Shown here: in pieces, positions 54,887 through 59,810 of the stretch
Layout of the letters: the number at the start of each line of letters is the position of its first letter
Position numbering within the stretch: the stretch's first letter is position 1
NCBI GenBank assembly: GCA_020849155.1
Contig: JADLGU010000302.1
Span: forward strand, 1-59,810
Direction: 5' to 3'
Source of the DNA: Rhodocyclaceae bacterium
GTDB taxonomy: Bacteria > Pseudomonadota > Gammaproteobacteria > Burkholderiales > Rhodocyclaceae
DNA length: 59,810 nucleotides
Translations under genes and position numbers: made by a program
Notes under the pieces: generated by a model
Told to the model about the DNA's origin: nothing
Seen by the model: the letters and a program-made list of their open reading frames with translations, nothing else
The model's database searches: none

Positions 54887-55837
54887 ATGCGAATCCTCCT
54901 CGTCAAGACTTCCTCCCTCGGCGACGTCGTGCACAACCTGCCGGTGGCGTGCGACATCCGCGCGCGCTTTCCGCAGGCGCGCATCGACTGGGTGGTGGAG
55001 GAAGGCTTCGCCGACATCCCGCGCCTGCACCCGGCCGTGACCAAGGTGATCCCGGTGGCGGTGCGGCGCTGGCGCCGCAGCCTGCTGTCCCCAGCCACCT
55101 GGCGCGAGTGGCGCGCGTATCGCGCCGCCGTGCGCGCCGAGCGCTACGACCTGGTGCTCGACACCCAGGGGCTGCTCAAGAGCGCGCTCCTGGCCCGCCA
55201 GGCGCAGGGCAAGCGCGCCGGCTATGCCGCCGAGGCGGCGCGCGAACCGCTGGCGGCGCGCTGCTACGACGCCGCTTACGCCATCCCCAAGAACCTGCAT
55301 GCGGTGGAGCGCAACCGCTGGCTGGCCGCCGCCGCGCTGGGCTACGAGCCGAACCTGCCGCTCGACTACGGCATCGCCGCCGCGGCGCTCGCGGCGCCCT
55401 GGCTGCCGGCGCAGCCGTATTGCGTGCTGCTCAGCGCCAGCAGCCGCGCCGACAAGCTGTGGCCGGAGGCGGACTGGCTGGCGCTCGCGGCCGCCCTCAA
55501 CGCGCGCGGGCTGGCCTGCGTGCTGCCGGGCGGCAGCGCCGAGGAGCGCGCCCGCGCCGCCCGCCTGGCATCGGCCATGGCACAGGCGGTCGCCGCGCCG
55601 CCGATGGGCATCGCCGAACTGGCCCGGCTGCTGGCCGGCGCGCAACTCGTGGTCGGCGTCGACACCGGCCTCAGCCACATTGCCGCCGCATTGGGGAGAC
55701 CGACTTTTTGCCTGTTTGCCGGCTCGCATCCTGAACTCACCGGCGTCTATGCCGGCGAGACGGCGGTCAACCTCGGCGGCGCCGGCGCGCCGCCGACCGC
55801 CGCGCAGGTGATCGAGGCGGCGACGGGACGGCTGTGA
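54887..55837 (+). CDS. waaC: Lipopolysaccharide heptosyltransferase I
   Basis: MRILLVKTSSLGDVVH, DWVVEEGF, D.QGLLKSA, HAVERNR, VGVDTGLSHIAAAL. Confidence 0.93.
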   Translation: MRILLVKTSSLGDVVHNLPVACDIRARFPQARIDWVVEEGFADIPRLHPAVTKVIPVAVRRWRRSLLSPATWREWRAYRAAVRAERYDLVLDTQGLLKSALLARQAQGKRAGYAAEAAREPLAARCYDAAYAIPKNLHAVERNRWLAAAALGYEPNLPLDYGIAAAALAAPWLPAQPYCVLLSASSRADKLWPEADWLALAAALNARGLACVLPGGSAEERARAARLASAMAQAVAAPPMGIAELARLLAGAQLVVGVDTGLSHIAAALGRPTFCLFAGSHPELTGVYAGETAVNLGGAGAPPTAAQVIEAATGRL

Positions 55838-57102
55838 TGGCGCGCTTCCTCTACAACCTGGCGCTGCTCGCCCTGCTGCCTTACGTGTGGCTGCACCTTT
55901 TCCTGCGCAGCAGGAAACAGCCGGAGTACCTCCAGCACCTGGGGGAACGATTCGGGCGTTACCCCTCAGCCCGGCCCTCTCCCCGGGAGGCAGAAGGGGT
56001 CATCTGGCTGCATGCCGTCTCGGTCGGCGAGACGCGCGCCGCGGCGCCGCTCGTCGCCGCGCTGAAGGCCAGCCATCCCGGCCATCGCATCCTGCTCACG
56101 CACATGACGCCGACGGGCCGCCACGCTTCCGAGGAGCTGTTCGCGGACAGCGTCGAGCGTGCCTACCTGCCCTACGACTATCCGTTTGCGGTGCGGCGCT
56201 TCCTCGCGCATTTCCGGCCCACGGCCGGCGTCATCATGGAAACGGAAATCTGGCCCAATCTGGTGGCGGCCTGCAAGGCCGGCGGCATTCCCCTGCTGCT
56301 GGCCAACGCGCGCCTGTCGGAGAAGTCGGCGCGGCGCTATGCGCGCTTTCCCCGGCTGACGCGCGCCGCCCTGCAGGGGCTCGCCGCCATCGCCGCGCAG
56401 ACCGAGCAGGATGCGGCGCGGCTGCGCGCGCTGGGCGCGGCGCGGGTCGAGGTGCTCGGCAACGTCAAGTTCGACCTCCTGCCGCCGCCGGAACAGCTGG
56501 CGCTGGGCGAAACCCTGCGCCGGCGCATGGGGCCGCGCCCGGTGCTGCTTGCCGCCAGCACGCGCGAAGGCGAGGAGGCGCTGCTCTTCGCGGCGCTGGT
56601 GCAGCGCCCGCTGGGCGAGGCGCTGCTCGTCGTCGTGCCGCGCCATCCGCAACGCTTCGACGAAGTCGCCGCCCTGGCGGCCAAGGCCGGTTTCGGCCTG
56701 CAGCGGCGCAGCGAGGGTGCGCCGGTGGCGGCGACAACACAGGTACTGCTCGGCGACAGCATGGGCGAGCTGTTCGCCTACTATGCCTCCTGCGACGTCG
56801 CCTTTGTCGGCGGCAGCCTGCTCGACTATGGCAGCCAGAATCTGATCGAGCCCTGCGCCGTGGGCAAGCCGGTGCTGATCGGCCGCTCGACCTACAATTT
56901 TTCGCACGCCGCCGAACAGGCGCTTGCCTGCGGCGCGGCGCAGCAGATCGGCACGGCGGAGGGTCTTCTGGAAGCCGCCGCCGCACTGCTGGCCGACCCG
57001 GCGGCGCGCGGCCGCATGGGAGAGGCGGGGCGGGAATTCGCCGCCCGTCACCGCGGCGCGACGGCGAGGAACCTGGAAATTATTTCTCGAGCAATGCGTT
57101 GA
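55837..57102 (+). CDS. waaA: Lipid IVA Kdo transferase
   Basis: IWLHAVSVGET, THMTPTG, YLPYD, METEIWPN, ASTREGEE, VPRHPQRF, GDSMGEL, FVGGSL. Confidence 0.95.
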   Translation: MARFLYNLALLALLPYVWLHLFLRSRKQPEYLQHLGERFGRYPSARPSPREAEGVIWLHAVSVGETRAAAPLVAALKASHPGHRILLTHMTPTGRHASEELFADSVERAYLPYDYPFAVRRFLAHFRPTAGVIMETEIWPNLVAACKAGGIPLLLANARLSEKSARRYARFPRLTRAALQGLAAIAAQTEQDAARLRALGAARVEVLGNVKFDLLPPPEQLALGETLRRRMGPRPVLLAASTREGEEALLFAALVQRPLGEALLVVVPRHPQRFDEVAALAAKAGFGLQRRSEGAPVAATTQVLLGDSMGELFAYYASCDVAFVGGSLLDYGSQNLIEPCAVGKPVLIGRSTYNFSHAAEQALACGAAQQIGTAEGLLEAAAALLADPAARGRMGEAGREFAARHRGATARNLEIISRAMR

Positions 57103-58411
57103 TCGCCTGGACGTCGTCCTCGCCGAGGGAGCCGGCGGCGGCCTTCAGTCGAAGCTGGGCGACCAGCGTGTCGTAGCGCGCCTTGGCCAGGTCGCGGCGG
57201 GTGGCGTAGAGCTGCTGCTGGGCATTGAGCACGTCGATGTTGATGCGCACACCGACCTCGTAGCCGAGCTTGTTCGAATCGAGGGCCGACTGGCTGGAGA
57301 CCAGGGCCTGCTCGTAGGCCCGCACCTGGGCCATGCCGCTGGTGACGCCGAGGTAGGCCTGGCGGGCGCCCAGCGCGGCGGCGCGGCGGGTGTTGTCGAG
57401 GTCCGCCCGCGCCTTCTCGCGCAGGGCCACCGCCTCGCGGTCCTTGGACATCACCGCACCGCCGGCGAAGATCGGCAGGGTGAGCTGCAGGCCGATCGTA
57501 TTGGAATGGGTGTCGCTGCCGGGCAGCGCCACGCCGGCGGCCAGGCCGCCGGTGGCCGAGCTGCGGCCGCGGGTGGCCACCAGGTCCAGCGTTGGCAGGT
57601 GGCCGGCGCGCTGCTTGTTGATCTCCTTGTCGGCGATCTCCAGCGCCGCCTGCTGGGCGGCCACCAGCGGGCTGCCGGCCTCGGCCGCCTCCACCCACTT
57701 GCCCATGTCGTCGGGCTGCGGCCGCTGCAGCTGCACCTGGGCGCGCAGCGCGGCCAGCGACTCGGGCACCTTGCCGATCACCTGGCGCAAGGCCTGACGC
57801 TTGATCTCCAGGTCGTTCTGCGCCGCCAGTTCCTGCGCCGTGACGAGGTCGAAGCGCGCCTGGGCCTCGTGGGTATCGGTGATGGTGGCAGTGCCGACCT
57901 CGAAGTTGCGCTTGGCCGCCTCGAGCTGTTCGCTGATGGCCTTCTTCTGCGCCTGGGCCAGTCCCAGGCTGTCCTGCGCCAGCAGCACGTCGAAATAGGC
58001 CTGCGCGGCCCGCAGCACCAGGTCCTGCTTGGCCTGGGCGAACTGGGCGTCGGCGGCGACGACCTGCAGCTTCGACTGGCCGTACTGCTCGATGTTCTGC
58101 CAGCGGAAGATGGGCTGGGTCAGGGTCAGGGTGTAGCCGTTGGTGTTGTACTGGGCGTCGACCGGCGGGGTGTTGAGCATCCGCCGGTTGTAATCGATGT
58201 CGTTCCAGGTGGTGCTGGCCGTGGCCGAGATCACCGGCAGCAGGCCGGCGCGGCCCTGCGGCAGTTTTTCCTGGCCGGCTTCCCAGGCCGCCTTGGCGGA
58301 GGCGAATTGGGCGTCGTAGGCGATCGCGTCGCGATAAACCTGCAGCAGGTCGGCGGCGAGGGCCGGCGCACTGGCCAGGGCAAGGGAGAGCAGGACAATG
58401 TTTTTCTTCAT
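57080..58411 (-). CDS. tolC: TolC-family outer-membrane efflux protein
   Basis: Signal peptide, ADLLQVY..A, AYFDVL.AQD, FEVGTATITD..EAQA, GYEVGVR..IDVLNAQQQL. Confidence 0.92.
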   Translation of the reverse strand: MKKNIVLLSLALASAPALAADLLQVYRDAIAYDAQFASAKAAWEAGQEKLPQGRAGLLPVISATASTTWNDIDYNRRMLNTPPVDAQYNTNGYTLTLTQPIFRWQNIEQYGQSKLQVVAADAQFAQAKQDLVLRAAQAYFDVLLAQDSLGLAQAQKKAISEQLEAAKRNFEVGTATITDTHEAQARFDLVTAQELAAQNDLEIKRQALRQVIGKVPESLAALRAQVQLQRPQPDDMGKWVEAAEAGSPLVAAQQAALEIADKEINKQRAGHLPTLDLVATRGRSSATGGLAAGVALPGSDTHSNTIGLQLTLPIFAGGAVMSKDREAVALREKARADLDNTRRAAALGARQAYLGVTSGMAQVRAYEQALVSSQSALDSNKLGYEVGVRINIDVLNAQQQLYATRRDLAKARYDTLVAQLRLKAAAGSLGEDDVQAINALLEK

Positions 58412-58444
58412 GAGGCGGGCCTCCAAGGCCACAAACACTAACAA

Positions 58445-58765
58445 TTAAGCCGTGGCTTGCACGTCCTGCGCCCAGGCGATCACGCCGCCGGCCAGGTTGT
58501 AGACGCGCTCGAAGCCGTTCTGCTTGAGGAACATGCCGGCATGGTGGCTGCGGGCGCCGGAACGGCAAATCATCACCAGCTCGGCGCGCCGGTCGAGTTC
58601 GTTCAGGCGCGCCGGGACGGTGCGCATCGGCACGAGCTTGGAGCCCTCGATGCGATAGGCGGCGAACTCGTCGGGCTCGCGCACGTCGATGAGCAGCGGA
58701 TCAGGGCGGGTTTCGTCCTGCAGCCATTCGTTCAGCTCGACAGCGGTGATCTGGACCATCTGCAT
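58445..58765 (-). CDS. Single-domain rhodanese/sulfurtransferase
   Basis: LIDVREP.E, ICRSGARS, VYNLAGGV.AW. Confidence 0.9.
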   Translation of the reverse strand: MQMVQITAVELNEWLQDETRPDPLLIDVREPDEFAAYRIEGSKLVPMRTVPARLNELDRRAELVMICRSGARSHHAGMFLKQNGFERVYNLAGGVIAWAQDVQATA

Positions 58766-58768
58766 TCC

Positions 58769-59422
58769 TCAAAAATAGAATTTGCCCCGCTCCGGCACGT
58801 TGCGCAGGCGCGGGATGCTGGTCTCGAACAGATTGACGCTCTGGAACTGTCCCTCGGCCACGCAGGTGACCAGGCGCGCCTGCATCAGCGGCGCCTCGCC
58901 GACCACCGCCAGCAGGCGGCCGCCGACCTTGAGCTGTTCCAGCAGCGCCTCGGGGATCTGCGCCACCGAGCCGGACAGGACGATCGCATCGTAGGGCGCT
59001 TGCGCCGGCCAGCCATCGGCGCCGTCGCCCTCGATCACCGTGACGTTGTCGGCGCACTCGCGCTGCAGGTTCTCGCGCGCCTTCGCCGCCAGCGCCGGCT
59101 CGATCTCGACGGTGTAAACATGGTCGCTACGGGCGCCAAGCAGGGCCGCCATGAAACCGGAGCCGGTTCCGACCTCCAGCACCTTGTCCGACTTGCGCAG
59201 CTGCAGGGCCTGGACGAATTTGGCCTCCAGCGCCGGCGTCAGCATGGCCGCGCCGTTGCCGAGCGGGATCGACGTCTCGGCGAAGGCCAGCTTGACGCTG
59301 GCCGGGGGCACGAAATCCTCGCGGCGGATGGTCAGCAGCAGGTCGAGCACTTCCTGATCCAGCACCTCCCAGGTGCGGATCTGCTGCTCAACCATGTTTT
59401 GGCGGGCTTGCTCGATGTTCAT
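58769..59422 (-). CDS. pcm: Protein-L-isoaspartate O-methyltransferase family
   Basis: MNIEQARQNMVEQQIRTWEV, VLEVGTGSGFMAALL, APYDAIVLSGS, QLKVGGRL. Confidence 0.9.
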   Translation of the reverse strand: MNIEQARQNMVEQQIRTWEVLDQEVLDLLLTIRREDFVPPASVKLAFAETSIPLGNGAAMLTPALEAKFVQALQLRKSDKVLEVGTGSGFMAALLGARSDHVYTVEIEPALAAKARENLQRECADNVTVIEGDGADGWPAQAPYDAIVLSGSVAQIPEALLEQLKVGGRLLAVVGEAPLMQARLVTCVAEGQFQSVNLFETSIPRLRNVPERGKFYF

Positions 59423-59439
59423 GATCTTGCTCCGGGTAT

Positions 59440-59463
59440 ATATTAGCAAATACTTATTAAGTA
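59440..59463 (-). promoter_or_regulatory. Candidate promoter/operator of the pcm-rhodanese-tolC operon
   Basis: AT-rich gap; palindrome TACTTA-t-TAAGTA (59451-59463); - strand TGcTAATAT extended -10-like. Confidence 0.4.
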
Positions 59464-59494
59464 GGCCAGTAGGCGAAACTCGCTGAATTTTAAC

Positions 59495-59810
59495 TTAATC
59501 CGCCCGCTTCACCCTGAACCAGGCGGCGTACAGGGCCGGCACGAAGAGCACCGTCAGCATGGTGGCCATCAGCAGGCCGCCCATGATGGCGAAGGCCATC
59601 GGCCCCCACAGCACGTTGCGGGTGAGCGGGATCATCGCCAGCATGGCCGCAGCGGCCGTCAGCACGATCGGCCGGAAGCGGCGCACCGTCGCCTCGCGGA
59701 TCGCCACCCAGGGCGGTTCGCCGGCGCGGATGTCCTGCTCGATCTGGTCGACCAGGATCACGGTGTTGCGCATGATCATGCCGCCCAGGGCGATGGTGCC
59801 GAGCATGGCG
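59495..59810 (-). CDS. RND efflux permease (AcrB/AcrF family), C-terminal fragment
   Basis: GMIMRNTVILVDQI, RFRPIVLTAAAA.LAMIPL, PMA..IMGGL..AT.LT..FVPALY; runs off the window edge. Confidence 0.9.
   Translation of the reverse strand, partial: AMLGTIALGGMIMRNTVILVDQIEQDIRAGEPPWVAIREATVRRFRPIVLTAAAAMLAMIPLTRNVLWGPMAFAIMGGLLMATMLTVLFVPALYAAWFRVKRAD

Noticed and set aside
57080-57102. Convergent 3' overlaps waaA/tolC (and slyB-like/apaH at 4215-4225)
   Set aside because: Short tail-to-tail overlaps are common in compact GC-rich genomes; nothing suggests a special function
1-59810. rRNA, tRNA, CRISPR arrays, JUMPStart/ops element
   Set aside because: None recognised by eye; a covariance-model scan (Infernal/tRNAscan) would be needed to exclude small RNAs

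Overview
GC-rich betaproteobacterial (Rhodocyclales/Sterolibacteriaceae-like) chromosomal window. Housekeeping genes flank a ~50 kb surface-glycan locus (about 5044-54746, between apaH and waaC). The left flank is accC, prmA, a zinc-ribbon gene, tpx, a PfkB kinase, a SlyB-like lipoprotein and apaH; the right flank is waaC, waaA, tolC, a rhodanese, pcm and an RND pump fragment. The locus contains: (i) a complete diNAcBac initiation set (PglF/E/D/C-like plus GT4); (ii) a 1261-aa single-ORF fusion of an SDR epimerase, a GT-C/Wzy-like membrane domain and a MurJ-like flippase; (iii) an aldolase/KdsB-like module that could make a non-Kdo CMP-ulosonate; (iv) a lower-GC, oppositely oriented block with a PglK-like ABC flippase, an Asp-box protein and enzymes for a C-/O-methylated amino sugar; (v) a nonulosonate module mixing PseB with Leg-type genes, in which NeuB and NeuC have non-canonical active-site motifs and which includes an adenylation-ACP didomain; (vi) two large orphan GT-B-like proteins that are candidate ulosonyl transferases; (vii) an EPS-type MarR regulator with a perfect palindromic operator, and a Phd/VapC toxin-antitoxin pair at the head of the operon. 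I saw no rRNA, tRNA, CRISPR array, transposase or integrase. All functional calls come from motif recognition by eye; no database searches were run.
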